The position numbers and the translations under genes were made by a program. A stretch of 64,000 nucleotides of DNA from Azolla caroliniana (lineage: Eukaryota; Plantae; Polypodiophyta), in the NCBI GenBank assembly GCA_043228905.1, contig JBHGNT010000001.1, positions 2,914,001 to 2,978,000 of the forward strand, given 5' to 3'. Position 1 is the first letter of the stretch; the number at the start of each line of letters is the position of its first letter. Below are positions 23,248 to 37,509 of the stretch, in pieces. Below the pieces are notes generated by a model that worked only from the letters and a program-made list of their open reading frames with translations, had not been told where the DNA came from and did no database searches.

Positions 23248-26200
23248 TCACTCAAGAAAATGCGGTTGAGAAGCAATTCGGGGAAGGTACACTAAGTCCA
23301 CATATGAGCCGCGAGATGCTACTGTGGGTGTTCCTGTTTCATTAGTACAGTTTTCTACCATTGGATCCCAACAAATATCCCTATCCTGAGTATTCGGCAA
23401 GTATCCATGTCTAAATTCAACTAGATCTTTGGGAGCTTTCTGAAGGCAGCATGGTTGTTCGCATGAATGTGAACCCGCATTTCCCACAATAGTCTCTTGA
23501 GTGTTAGTTCTTCCCAAGGAAACTGTATGAGCTGAAGGAGTGGGTGTGATTGGCTCACCAAGTAAATGTAATGACAGCGCATTAAGAGCTTGTTTCTCTG
23601 ATGCTTGTATCATCGGAGAAGCTGCTCTCTCCCATGCTAAAGAACCCTCCCTCAGATGCGAAGGTGAACTTGTCCATTGATTGGTCTGGAAGTGAACACT
23701 ACTTGCAGATGGAAATTGCCGAGTATAATCATTTTTACTTTGCAGAATCTGTCGGTCAACATGTAGAATCTCTCTCTTTGGTACCTCCTCTGTCTCACTG
23801 CTACTGCTACACTCAGTTGATCCCCTCATATCAATCACTGCAGAAACAAATTCATCAATAACAGAAACATAAATAGCAAACTTAATACTTAAGCAACAAA
23901 CCGAAGAGCACACTCAATACATAACAAACTAATATGCAGACTTCATACTTCATACACACATAAATGCAGAGGACAAGGGGCATCATATATGCACATGCCT
24001 GAGCTAGGAGATGCACTTGAAAACTGTAACTGAAAACCTCCTTGGGGGTGTTGAATTCTTGGAGGTCCTCCAAAATCACTGTGTTTCCGAAGTGTTTGTT
24101 GCATGGACTCACTTTGTAATCCTTCTAATGTAAACCTGCTCTCAACCATATGATGATGAGTAAGTTGTGAATCATTCTGTGGTCCTTGAACTGTATGATG
24201 GCCTTGGAAACTGTCGACGCTACATAAAGCATGCTGCAGATGATCATTCAACCCACTCATAGTTAACGACTGGACAGATGGATGGTCCGAAAGGACAGTC
24301 TGGTAATGCAGACTGTGTTGTCTATCGATTTGTATGTTACGATTGTCATAAAAGCATGAATCTACTATAACAAGGTTTTTCTCATGAAGTGCTTTAAGTC
24401 GCATATCACATTGCAAAAGCTTTTCAAAATGTCGATTGAGGACACCCACTGGAAATTGAACCGAGTGATGCCTAGAAATGCAACATCAGAACAAAGAAAA
24501 AACTCCTTAGATACAAACTTTGTAGGGGGTGTTTCGGTAGATATTTCAAATAAAAGAATAAAGGTATAAACCTGCAAATTGTGGCCTGCCCATCTGTGAA
24601 ATCTGATGTGGATTGCCACAATGTATGTTTTCTGGGTTGAGGATTTATTTCCCTAAAGAACAGTGGTGGTCTTGATAGCTGCAGAAAGAGAAAACATATA
24701 AATATAAAATATGATAATAATACACCTGAATAGATGTATTCATACACTACCTCAATGTCTAAAACTGCAGACTGGTCTTCTAGGAAGCTGGCTCTTAAAC
24801 CTGAAATGTCTGACCACTGCACTTCCATCTTACTCTTCAGACTGCTGTCCAATACTTCCCACACAAGCTTTCGTTTCGCATAGTAACATTTGGCTACCAG
24901 ATCTCCATCATATCTAGAGATACACTGTAATAAAGGAAAAACACTAAGGTAACACACCAGATAATTGTATGTATTGTGATGAAACGTTAAGGTAATACAC
25001 CAGATCTCCATTTTTGAAACACTTAAATCTAATATTGAAATACCTAAGGCAGAAAATGTAGCCAAGTTGCCATGTCAATCAAATTCACAGAAATTTAATA
25101 TATTTCTATAGCTTCTTTGTACATTCTATTAGAAGAACCTAAAATAAGAAACTCGAATAGTGGTTTAACAGCCTTCCTGATGGGTACAATGTGGGTAAGA
25201 ACGAAGGGAAGGAAAAATGTGGAGGCACAAGCACTATACTAAGGATTAATTAACTTCTTCCTTTCTGATCTGTGGAATTTCTGGAAGAAACGACCAAAAA
25301 AAGTAGAGTGACTTTATATGGATTAGTTAATGAAGTTGAACATAAAAATACTCGATATTCTGTTACACTCCTTGGGGATATTAGAACTCTATTGGCAGAA
25401 CTCAAATAATGCTTTGGTATGCCAACTCTACCTTCTTCTGATCACCTCTCTTGGCAGAACTCAAATAATGCTTCAGTATGCCAGCTCTACCACCTTCTGA
25501 TTTCTTTTGGCTGGCCAAATGGTATAGTATCCTATCCCTTTCTTGGAAATTTTGAGAACACATCTTGAGTCTTCTCATCCTTATGCATAATAGAGAAAGA
25601 CAAATAGCTACAGTCACTGCTTTTTTTAGCTTGGGTTGTCAATTACTAGTTCAGAAAGCACGTCCTGTGAAAACTTCTATAAATGAAGATTAGTTATGAT
25701 AAGAAGCAAATACATGCACAACATGAAACAGAGAAAGTAAATTATGCTACAATCTCTACAAGAACCTAAACTGCAAATGGAAAAAGAAAAATGCATCTCC
25801 CCTTCTCTATAACATCATTAAAATGAAGAGAAGGTCTGAGTGCAAAACACAGAAAACAAACTACAGACAAGTAGAAGACAAAAGACAAAACTAGCATACT
25901 TCAAAAACTACCATGTGGATAGAAGACATATCTCATGGAGGTTTAGACACGAACTATGGTTTGGTGCTGAGAGAGGCAAGGGGCTAAATGGGAGTTTTTC
26001 AGTCTTAGAATCTTGGAATGCTCTTCTTATAGAAAGAGCTTTGAGGCATAGTCCAATATACTGGCGCTTGTCCTTCTACCATGTAACCTACTTACTTCCA
26101 GCAGGTAAAGTTTTGTTTCTTAAATAAATAAAAACTACTTCCAGTGTTTGCTGCACATGCAGTGGCTTATTATCTAATAATTTAATGGATTATCTATGTT

Positions 26201-28054
26201 TATCCATCAGCAGTTCTATTAATCACAAGATAAAAAGTAGTTTTACAAAACCTGCAACTTCTCAGCCTACTATCAACAAGCAAAGATAATAAGGCCATTG
26301 TAAAGCAGGTATCTCATGTTGTCCACCAAGAGACTTCAAAAATATCCATCTTCAACTACAACATGGCGGAGTTACATTAACCAATATGTATCAGAAAAGT
26401 GTGAAACAGCAGGAAGAATGCTTTCCAATAGTAACTAAATTGCAGCTCAGAAAGTGCCAATGCAAACATAAGAAATCTGTAACAATGTTGAGATTTTTGA
26501 CCTTGACCTAAATTCAGTCTTTCAGTAACAAGCACCATCAGTTTCAACAAAAACCTGATGGACAGAGACACTATGAAGGAGAAGTCCTTGAGTCCTGCCT
26601 TAAAATGAATTCAATTAAGTTTCTCTATCATATTTCTTTGATCTTGTAGCTTTTATGCACATTGAGCAGAATCCTGCCATTCAGTGACAACATCGGTCAT
26701 TTCAAAAACGAACTGATTGTTAGCGCCACTGTGAAAAGTTTTGATCTCCTTGCCTTCCTCATTTCTAAAATGGATAATGAGTATGTCTCTACATGGTCTA
26801 GTAGTCATATCTCATCTTTGTCTTTCTTCAGGAATAGATAAATAATTATGCCCCATCCACATACTCAGAAGAATAAAATGAGAGATATGGAAACACAAAA
26901 AGAATAAAATGTTCTCAACCTCCAAGGAATTCTCATTAGAGAGAGATATGGAAGCACAAAAGAATCAAATGTTTTCAACCTCCAAGGAATTCTCATTAGA
27001 GATGAAAGTACAACATAGGAAACTGTCTTTACCTCCCATGTTCCAACACGTAGCTTTACAGCAGGGAAGTTAGCTGCTTTCAGTTTGTCTTTGTCAGAAG
27101 AAGAAGAATTGCCAGGTTTATCGATCTTTCCACCTTTGTCACAAACATCACCACCTTCATCCTCGTTATGTGAAAGCCTTCTCTGGATAAGGTCTAGCAA
27201 GGATGGACTTTTTCTTAGATTTAAACCCAGGGGACTCGGCTCATTAAGAAGATTGAGCTGGTTCGTAACATCAGTACTTTGAAATCTCTTCATCATGCAA
27301 CCATCTTCATCACCTAGATGGTCAGAAACATCCTTTTTTCCCACAGTTTCTTGTGGTGCAGAAAATAAAGGAACACTCTTCGTTTCTCTTTCTAGCATTG
27401 GATGTATCTGCAGAAATACAATATATCCAGCAGTTTAGCACTAGGAACCATGCTTTTTACGGCACCAGAAGTGTATGAAATCAGAAAGAGCTCAATAGAA
27501 TCTAAGTGTATGAAATCAGTAAGAGCTCAATAGAATCGATACGTAATACATAAAATCAATCAGAAGAACTCAGTCAGCAACAAGTGCATACTCTTCTCAG
27601 GCCAACAAAGATATGGAATGCACAAACTTTGACGGCAATATAAAGATCAACAAAGACATCAATGTTGATAATTCATACAGAAAAAAGAGAGAAAAAGATA
27701 AACATATCCAACCTGTACGTGCTGAAAAGTTATATCACCATCGTACTTTGGTCTTTTCAAGCTGGGAAGCTCACCACTGTCTGAACTGAAGCACATCTCA
27801 GTTTCAACTTTGGGGATCTTGGTCAGACTGTTTCCCACAGGAGCATAGATTTCTCTCTCAACAGGACGCTGAGCATTGAAATTAAATGACTTGTAACCAT
27901 CCCAGGAATCTGCAAGAACTGCTCCACGATAAGCCGAGTTGAATAGTGGAGGTTTGTCAGCATTTGTCGGATTCTTCATGTTTTTATATGATCCCATGGA
28001 GCTAGTAGGGGTGCTTTCTAGAGGTAATTTGAAGTGCCTATATGAATGATGCAT
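23248..28054 (-). CDS. ASG1/At2g24100-like protein (TRF2/HOY1 PH-like domain family), about 6 coding exons
   Basis: Exons ~28054-27713, 27407-27033, 24924-24751, 24678-24572, 24471-~23999 and 23837-23248 splice in frame. They give EPSPLGLNLRKSPSLLDLIQ, KLKAANFPA.KLRVGTWE-CISRYDGDLVAKCYYAKRKLVWEVLD..LKSKMEVQWSDI, PPLFFREINPQPRKHTLWQ..SDFTDGQA.ICR.H.VQF..GVLNRHFEKLLQCD. The start codon and the last donor site are less certain. Confidence 0.88.
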
Positions 28055-29810
28055 CAGATTCTGACCAAAAAAAGATCATTTGAACAGCAGTATGAGATCC
28101 TGCAGAAACAAAAGAAAAAGAGTTATCATTGCAGAAGCAAAACTAAGGAAATCCTTATATTTGCTTTTGCAGTAGAAGGTGTTTTAGAAGCGAAAATCAA
28201 AGGAATCACCATAGGAAACCCTAATCAAGACCTTGTATCTATAGGATAAGGTATGCCAAAAAAGGCATCATAAAAAAACCTAGTTCATACCATACTTTTG
28301 AAGAATAAAAAAATGGAAGAAATTATCAACCTTAAACTTGCTTACGTAGCATAAAGTCTTGCACAAGAAAAACTGACGCAATCACGTAGAAACCCCTAAT
28401 CTAGACCTTAGTTTAGCAGGATAACAGGCGACAGATGCAAAAACCAAAGAATGCATTGTCACGCACCTTAATCTAAGTCTTAATTTTGTGATAAAAGGTG
28501 CTGCAGAAACGATAATTGAAACAATCTTCATTGGAGACCCCAATCTAGACTTTACATTAGAAACACAAGATTGTGGGGAGGGAAAATATAATAAAAAAAC
28601 TAATCTAGAGCTTGCTTTCTTTTGCAGCATGAGTTTGTGTAAAAGCAAAAATGGAAGAAGGCAATCATAAGAAACCTAATCTATTCCTCACTTTTGGAGT
28701 GTAAGGTCTTGCAAACGAAAGCATCAAAAGAACTCTAACCTAGAACTTGCTTTTGCAGTGTAAGATCTCAGAGAAGCAAAAAATAAATGGAATTTCCATC
28801 AAACCATAAGCCAGACCTTGCTTGTGCAACAGCAAAAATTGGAGGAATTGTCATATGAATGCTAACGTCGACTTGCTTTTGCATAATAAACAAGTAAGTT
28901 AACATAACAAGCTCTAATCTAGACCTTGATATTGCAGTCTAGGTTCTGCAGAATTAAGACAAGCAGAATCATCATAAGGAACTCTGACCTAGAAAAATGA
29001 CTCTTCTCAGACGCAGCAGACCATACCAAACCCTATGTTAGACAATAAACAAATCAGACCATGTACAATCCCTAATCCAAAACACAACCCATGGAGAACC
29101 CTAACCTCAATTGGAAACGCATTCAGAACCTGCGAGAGACCTCCAAACAGGCAGTTTGGTGGAGATTACAGGCTGATGTAGTGAAAGGCGGCCGTGGAGG
29201 AAGTTCTAATTGGACAGAGAAAGAAGGAAATCCTAACTTAATCACTGAAAACAAAAATATTAAAGTTCAACTTTTAACTTCGCTTGGCTCTCGGTGTCCA
29301 GGTTAATTTTCTCTCTAACTCGCTCTCAGTTTTCACCTTGATTCTTTTTGCTACTGACTTCCCTTCTTCGTTCTACGTTCTTCCTTCGACAACTGACAGA
29401 TCCTTTCTCAGCGTGCAACTCAGGTCTCTTTCCTACAGCTCCAATTCCTACAGCTCCGAGAAGTATGTATCTGCGTCTTGATCTCTCGGGTCTGGATCTC
29501 AATTCATTATTCCTCTGAACTGATTCCTTGTTCTCCTCATCGCTCTTTTGCGAATATCTCTATTTATCTTATCTTTTTTGATCCCGCTTTTCTTTACCTT
29601 CAACTACTCCGCTCCTTCTGTTTTCTTTTTACCTGTTTCTCCTTCACCTTCTTCACCTTCATCTTCTTCACCTGCGCCCGAAATTCTCCATCTCCGCCTT
29701 GACCTAAGCCTTCGGCTTCTTCTTCCACTTCTTCTGCTTCTGCTGCTTTTTTGTGTTCGAAAGATTCTGCACACTGTGTGTGTGTGTGTGTGGTGTTGTG
29801 CGTACCGAAC

Positions 29811-29863
<53 letters not shown>

Positions 29864-29914
29864 ACGCACAGAAAAAAAGCAAGAAAGAGAGCTTCTCTGC
29901 AAAAATCTGGACTT

Positions 29915-30030
29915 CCGTATAAGTACTATTGCACGTGTCCATGCTGACGTCACGTCCCCGTGTGGTCCCGACTCCCCCCGGCCCTCTCCGCTTTCACACC
30001 TGTCCTCCCCAGACCCACGTCGCCCCGCGT
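29915..30030 (-). promoter_or_regulatory. ACGT-core element cluster (G-box/ABRE, C-box) upstream of the ASG1-like gene
   Basis: CACGTGTC at 29932, TGACGTCA at 29945 overlapping CACGTC, CCACGTC at 30015 and CCGCGT at 30025. These sit next to a TATA-like motif and a (CT)n tract on the minus strand. Confidence 0.5.
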
Positions 30031-33000
30031 TTTATTTTTTTATTCACTGGTAAAACAAAAAAAAAACCTCGTAACCTAAATTTGGCTACCGCATTCCCTT
30101 ATTTTAATATACCACTCTAAATTTGGCTGCGAACCATAAAATAATTATTATAATCTCTAAATCTGGTCCAACCTCGTAATTATGCAATAATTTGACTGAT
30201 TGCTACTATCGATATATTTTATCGTCTCTGCCATTTATTTAGACAATTAGACAATAATAATTAAGCCTCTATTTTTGTTTCCAAAACCTCAAACCTCCCG
30301 ATTTTTAGTGAGCTATTAGAAGAAATAAAATCAAGGATTGGACGCCGACAAATAATGCCAACATTTTAAATTTGTTGGCTACACATTTATAAGTCTTTAC
30401 CTTTCCGAGGCTCTTGCTCTCAAATCAAAGATTCTGGATTCTTGCAGTAAATTGGAATATATTTATCCCTTCGATTCCGAGATGGAATCTCTGTGTGGAT
30501 CTGGAAACCTTAGAGTGTTTATTGTTCCAAATTTAAAACTCGATTTTTGTTTCCGACATGGATTCTTAAGATGTTTAATGGAAGACGATCGGTGGTCATT
30601 TCAAGTCTCTTGAGCTGATTTCCGAGCAACACCACGTTCCACTGAACTTAAAACCAGTAGGCTTGAGATTATTTATACCTTTGATTTCAAACTTTCGAAA
30701 GTGACCAACATTGTTCTCGATCTTGCATGGTTTTAGCCTTGCACACCCTTTGCCAAATGATGCTTAAATAAACACCACGTACATCAATATTGAAGCAAGT
30801 TTCATCAATGAAAATTGACCGTGGTGGTAGAGACCCATGCACACGTTATCAAACAAACATACATGTCTAGAAGCATCGCTTTGGACGCACATAGAAATAC
30901 ACAAGTAGACAACACTAAAATCCAACCACACTACATTGCGTCTGGGGCTTGCCACCTGCTATGCACCATGAGCTTGCAAGACATTATGTCAAATCACAAC
31001 AATGATGCATTTACGAACTCATAACTAGAGCGATAAAGGGATTAACAACTTTGACAAATGCTCTAAATATCACGTGACATTCACAAAAAAGGCACAACTA
31101 TTCCCACCTTAAAATATAGGTTTTGCACAAAGGTTTCAAACTAGGATTCTCAAAACATTAGGTTGCCTATACAACGGTAGACTCCAACAACTATTTTAAA
31201 TCTCCTCTCTTTGTCGACATAAACTAACACAAGAAGGCCAAAAAAACAAATTGTTTTCCTCCTTTAACACCCTCCTCAATTTTGTTACCATTCATTGTCG
31301 TTGCAAGGGTTATGTCATGGAAGGCTAGGCTTAGCGTTTTGTGAACTTGACACAAGGGTAGCCTCTCAATGTTGAGCTTGACAAAATTTAATCACGCACA
31401 CATTGGTTGTTTAGAAAGCTCATTGGAAATCACTCTCTCTACCTTTGTGGTTATGATTGAGGCAACATCGTGCATTTATCGTTACATTTTCTTTTACCTT
31501 ACCTTGGTGTATCAAGGACGTTGAAGAATGTGTATTTGGACATGCATTAGAAAGGCACATTCTAATATTCAATATTCTTATAGTATGATTGAAAAACAAA
31601 CATCTTAAAGACATAATTGGAGATGTATGTTTTTGAAAGTCGGTTTTTTTTATGATTCTTACATGTTGATGGTATGTCTCTTTAAAGCCTTCCCTAACCT
31701 CATGGCCATTTTTTGTTTCTTTCCACTCTTGCACACCACCCATTGTATTTGGCAAGTTGATATAATAGTCCAATTTTTGTGTTGAAATTTGCATGGTCAT
31801 CACTTTTGATGCATATGATATTGGGCCACAATTTTGGTAAGTGTCAACCTATTCTAAATTTTTATACAAAACAAGCTGGCAAAACTCATGCCTAAAATAT
31901 TACATAAACATGCATATAAAACTCCAAGAAATCATCTAGGAAAAATACACAAAGGCCCCCCTCATTCAAACAAACATATGAATGTGTCTACACTCATTTG
32001 AAGTTCGAATGTACATAACAAAAGAAAATTAACCATTAAATCATAGTGTTGGTATTGTCTTACATAACATTGACAATTGGATGTTAAATCAATAGACAAC
32101 ATACTCTCTTGTAAAGATTCTACTTTATATGGTCTAGGTTGAAGAATATAGGTATGGATGCTCAATGCAAACGCTTTCATGTTTAAATTTTATATTGTCT
32201 ACTTTTATATTCATGTTTCTGGTTTAAGTTCATGTTTTTGTTTTAAAGTACAGTGATCATGACAGTGATGCCATATTGAGCAAATTATTTGTCCTTTAGC
32301 ATAGGTTGATTGTGTCATGGAGAATTCTTATGTTGTCATGATTAAACGATGATCCTCCAAACTTGATCGTGATTGCATATTATAAATTCACACATTGCTC
32401 TAGAGATCACCGATAAGCACCATTAATGTCAACGACATATTTGTTGAATATCCTTAGGTCAAGAACATTGAATGCGAGATTTGGGAAATTGTTATTCTCT
32501 CAATTGTCTATCTTCATTAGTTATCCCTCAAAATACTTTGTATCATTTCCTACTTACAATGTATTTTTTACTACTACAATAAATTGATAAGACTTTGACT
32601 TTTAAGGGTGTATCTAAAACCTAACTAGCAACTTGATGTACAATCCCATGGTCTCTTGCCTAACACATGTTTCTATTTGTATTGATTTCTTAGTCCAATT
32701 GCAAAGTTTCATAAAGATATTTTTGGGAAAAAAATAAAGTTTCATAAAGATAATGAGAGATTTATGATATGGAACGAGACCTTCGATCACTGGAATGATT
32801 TAATAGTCTTGAGAATAAAGCCTAAACCCATACACCAATGTCAAATTTTGATGGACGTCCCTTTTTTTTCTTATAACAATAAACTTTATGCAGTTTATGT
32901 TGTTCAATATTTTCTTTCATTTAGATATCATATATCCTATGTCTCCAAATTGATGCAGAACTCTATACAAATTATGTCAATTGATGGGCATAATTTTTAA

Positions 33001-33356
33001 GAGCATGTTCTGGAGGCTAAAATGCCCCAAAACTAGCACAAAAGCATGCCAAAATTTCATGCTACATTCAATAAATGAGATTTCACATAAAATATCAAAC
33101 TTTGCGAAATTTTCTAGGTTTTTACAACAAGAACTCACATTGCCACATGCATTGTGCTTTGGTTGCAAGTTACTTGTCTAATTATAGCATCAGGTACATT
33201 GTTTTGTTTTCCATGCTCGGTCGATGATGTTAGAGTTACATGCGATCACTAGGTCTAGAACACATCATGATGTACAAATGTGTCATGTTAGATTTTTGCG
33301 GTGGCAAAATAGGAGGAAACTCCATTTTGTGAACATGCAAAAATGAGTTGCATTTT

Positions 33357-33553
33357 TGTTTATGAGTCCATTTGTGTTATAATTAGCTATGAATGTATTG
33401 CAAGGGCAATATTAGGTTCATTGTTTATGAGTCCATTTGTGCTATAATTAGGTACAAATGTATCACAAAGGGCAATACTAGGTTCATTGTTTATGAGTTC
33501 ATTTGTATTATAATTAGGTACAAATGTATCGCAAGGGCAATACAAGGTTCATC
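33357..33553. repeat. Three tandem copies of a ~66-bp unit
   Basis: TGTTTATGAGT(C/T)CATTTGT...AAGGGCAATA..AGGTTCAT is repeated three times. Confidence 0.85.
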
Positions 33554-33632
33554 ATTTTATTGTTTTTTGTAGTAGACCTACATTGTTTTTATACTTACTC
33601 TCCCTCCCTCTCCCTCTCCCTCTCTCTCTCTC

Positions 33633-34203
33633 TTTGGTGAAAACACACAATTATATTAATAAATGTGTGCGAAAAACACTACTTACAATACGCGTGACAA
33701 TGGAGTATGGTCACACACTAACCACACTACACTACATGGGCAGTGGAACATGTTGAATTGCCAATAGGCAAGACGAACACTCCACCGAGGAAAGAATTTC
33801 CACTTGTTCCAATAAAGAAAATTGCCACATTAGTACTCCCTTCAACATTCGTAGATATGCTTTCACTCCATGTCTACCATCGAATACAAAAGCGTTGCGC
33901 ATGTTCCAATTATGACGCAATCCCCAATATCTTAGAAATAGGAAAACAATCTCCATCTCTGATTTTGGGTCACCCTGTGTAAATTGTGCAAACACCCATT
34001 GTCTAGGTGTCAAATAACTCCGTGATAAAACTTGCCAAATTTGAGAAATGTAACTCCAAATTTGGCAAGCAATTGGACATTGTATAAATCGATCAGTACT
34101 ATCTTCTATCTGAACTGTGCAAAAGAAGCAGGTACCCGTTGCTAGTCCATGACGCTTTAAAGCTAATCCCAAAGGCAATCCTCCGATCAAAACTCTCCAA
34201 ATG

Positions 34204-34207
<4 letters not shown>
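33633..34207 (-). mobile_element. 5'-truncated LINE (ORF2 C-terminal zf-RVT region plus 3' UTR) embedded in (GA)n
   Basis: IWRVLIGGLPLG...CFFCTVQIEDSTDRFIQCPIACQIW...WGLRHNWNMRNAFVF is typical of the L1-type ORF2 C-terminus. (GA)n tracts lie on both sides of its sense strand. Confidence 0.8.
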
Positions 34208-34236
<29 letters not shown>

Positions 34237-34239
<3 letters not shown>

Positions 34240-34373
34240 GTAGTTAGTGTATCCTAGTGGTAAGTTGTTAGACTATACAAGTTACATGTTTTTCCTTAAC
34301 CATTTTGGAAAGTAGGGGCTGAACGCATGACCTTCTAGTCTCCTTGGACAACCTTACTAATTGAGCTACAACC
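34237..34373 (-). mobile_element. Degenerate tRNA-derived SINE-like element
   Basis: The minus strand reads GGTTGTAGCTCAATTAGTAAGG...GAAGGTCATGCGTTCAGCCCCTAC, with A-box-like and B-box-like motifs at tRNA spacing. About 75 nt of body follow and run into (GA)n. Confidence 0.5.
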
Positions 34374-37300
34374 ATTTGGTGTGGCTTCCGTTGAACTTTA
34401 TTAGGGGAGCAACAACCATATGGTCTTGTGTGTGTGTGTGTGTGTGTGGCAATTATGCATTCTAATTTTTCCCATTGCAATCCACAAGTGTGATGTCTTT
34501 GGGTTGTTCAAAGTTGCGAGATATTTTTCCTTGCACTTTATGGATGTGTAATATAGATGCCATTTACAATTTTGCATGAATAATAATAGGATACAACTTG
34601 CTTGAGATTTGCAACAATACCTTATGGTCTAATTTAAGCATGAACATCATTGCACCATTAATCACATTTTAGGTTCCAAAGCACAAGCTTTGTCATCAAC
34701 GCTTGTGGTTATACGATTAAACTCAAGGTTTCTTATGAGATAACTCATTTGTAATAACTACATATTCTTTTTATATGGTATATAAGAACAACGTTTTTTC
34801 ACCATCTTTTTGTACATATGTCTAGTTGTATTATATGATACTTATGATGGTAAGGATGTTTGAGCAGTAACCTACCTACATCAACAAATATAGAAGTGAT
34901 CCCACATTTACTCCAGGTAGGATGTACTATTGGTTGGTGTTTTTATAACTATCGCCCATTATAGTGAACTTGAGGCAATTCTAGAAACGGCTTATTCATA
35001 TACATATTTAAAAACTTGATGGAGATCCATAAATTCCTTTCCATACATTATTCCCATCAACTTACTAGTGTGGTATATATAATGGCAACATTACCACAAA
35101 ATTGTCGTTTTTCTTGAGTTGCTTGCAATAAATGAATATTATTATAAACTTTGTCCTTCCATTTGATTTGTAATATTGTAGTGCCCCACTTTACAACCAC
35201 CCATCATGTCCATCACAATCATGGAAGAGGAATATACTCTAACTTTAGATTTTATGGTTTTATATAAATGGGCTTTTTAATCATGTTCTTGAGATTTGAT
35301 TATTTCTTTGTTGTCTTTGCTTGAAAATGCACCACTATGGTGTAGTATATTGTGTAGCTTGAACCTCATTCGGATGGTCATGTTGCTTGTCTTTTTCTAG
35401 AGACATCACAAATCATAATTTTTACTTTGTGGGGTCTTATACAATCTCGGTTGTAAATAAGAGGACAAGAAATTCAAACACATACATCGTTTGAATATGT
35501 CATTTGTGTAACACGTTTTTTTTCGGTGGTGATTTAAATGAAAGTTTTCAGTTCATTAAATAAGAATGACATGTATTGGGAAGAAGGGCAACAAATTTCT
35601 TACGATTTCGACAATTAATAAAATTGCCTACAAATGACTCTCGAAAGAAAAACTGGTAATAGTTCTTAGTACGGTCGAGAAATATGTTTATTTTATCATC
35701 ATTTAAATGTTAGATGACTCTACCATATGTTCCGTGTAATGCATCGTTAACAACGTGAAATGTAGTGTGCACGCACACACACACACGTTATATATCTCCG
35801 TTCACCCCTACCTATTGGCTAGCAATATGTAGCAGTTCTTATTTCTTGTCCTATATTATCGTCATTGCATACATTGTATGAAGTGCTCATACATATACGA
35901 TATGCACATTGATAATTTTGTATCTAGCTAGAAATTGACATTAGGGAAGTTGAAAAAATTGTCGATTTGTTTCATATAAAGCACATATATTTCTTTGTAT
36001 TGTGATGTTTCTATGCAAGTTAGATGTAGAGATTAACGAAGTTAGACTAAGCTAACACCAACATCTAGAAGTATCACAAGCAAGTTGAGTTGAATGGTCA
36101 AAGTAGGACCATAATTGCGACATTGGGATGGCACTAAATTGAACAATTTATAAGTTGATGTCATAAATAGGTATATGTAGCCTACGAACAAAGTTTCATC
36201 ACTAACGACAAAGCTATGAAAGTTTTCACGTCATGATCAACGTGAATTATTAATACAAATAGTTCGGTTTATTTCATTTTCTTCCATCATGGCTTATTAT
36301 ATGTTGTCATTTAGAATGTGCTTAAAATATACTTAACAAAACAAAGTTTGGTTTGTTTCGTCGAAATATAATAATCAAAACGCCAATGCATAAATATTTA
36401 TGCAATGAATCATATATCTATCTTCCTATTGATTCCATGAATAAGAAAAATGTGTGAAAGGGGGATCTTAGGTTTTGCATACATACATTTTGGAAGAACA
36501 TATAAACAATATAAACAAAGGTAAAATAATATCCAAGTATATGAATTGTTTGATCCACGTTTTATAGACCCCATGAATGATGATTCTCCCTAGTAAGAAC
36601 ATGAATTCATTGAAATATTAGAGTTATGAAGCTTTCCACGGACATTGGATTTTGTTTTTGTCTATAAAATATATCTCGTAACATAGAAATGCTTGACCAT
36701 CCACAACCTTTGTTGCTATTAACCATGCATTGTCAATGCTACAAAGCTTATGAGTTTATACAACCTAAAAAGGAACCATGACATAAATATAGAAAAAGTA
36801 ACACCATACATACATGCCAATATCTTTTGTGATTAATATGATGACCTCAATACAAATTTCTAGATGGTAAGATGAATATGTTAATTAACCATGATGTAAT
36901 GATATCCAAGTCAAAAGTATGAATGCACATTTAATCGTCTCAAAGGTCAAAGTATAAATGGTTTAGCTTAATGATCTGAAAGTCAAAATGTGAATGATTA
37001 GTTCAAAGACCCCAAAAGTCATTAGAACCAAAACAATTTTTTCTATCCCAGGGAAAATAATGGAATAACGAAGATACAAAACCTAGGATTATTGAAACCC
37101 ACCTTGGATTAAGAGCAATTTAAATTTAGGCCATAAGGTTTTAAAATCTTAAAGCTTGTTCCTTGCACATGTTTTCTAACTTGCTCCTCTGAATTCAAAA
37201 TGATTTTAACAAACTTAGGTACTCACATGGTGCAAAATACTTTGCTCCATTGATATTCGCTCCTTCTCATGTCAACCGTGTTCTCTATTTTTCCTCACCA

Positions 37301-37509
37301 CCCTAACGTCTCTTTTTGTCCTTCTCGGTTTCTCTCTCTCTCTCTCTCTCACCAATCCTAATCTCTTTGTCTCTCTCGTGCTCTCCATTGACCTGAATGT
37401 TTAAGAGTTTGTATCTAAATCCCTACAATGACACGTATGAACATCCATGTCTACCCATTATGTAAGGTGGGGAACAGAAGAATGGAAATAAAAAATAAAC
37501 AAAACCCCC

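Noticed and set aside
25391-27537. Short tandem duplications in introns of the ASG1-like gene (~25391-25500, ~26880-27000, ~27469-27537)
   Set aside because: These are ordinary local duplications with no sign of function.
29478-30120. Several overlapping ORFs with RERERE or SLSLSL runs
   Set aside because: They are translations of (GA)n and (GT)n microsatellites in a 5' UTR/promoter region.
30400-33300. Short ORFs in an AT-rich region, such as 31420-31803
   Set aside because: I recognised no domain or splice-consistent gene. The region is probably decayed transposon sequence that I could not classify.
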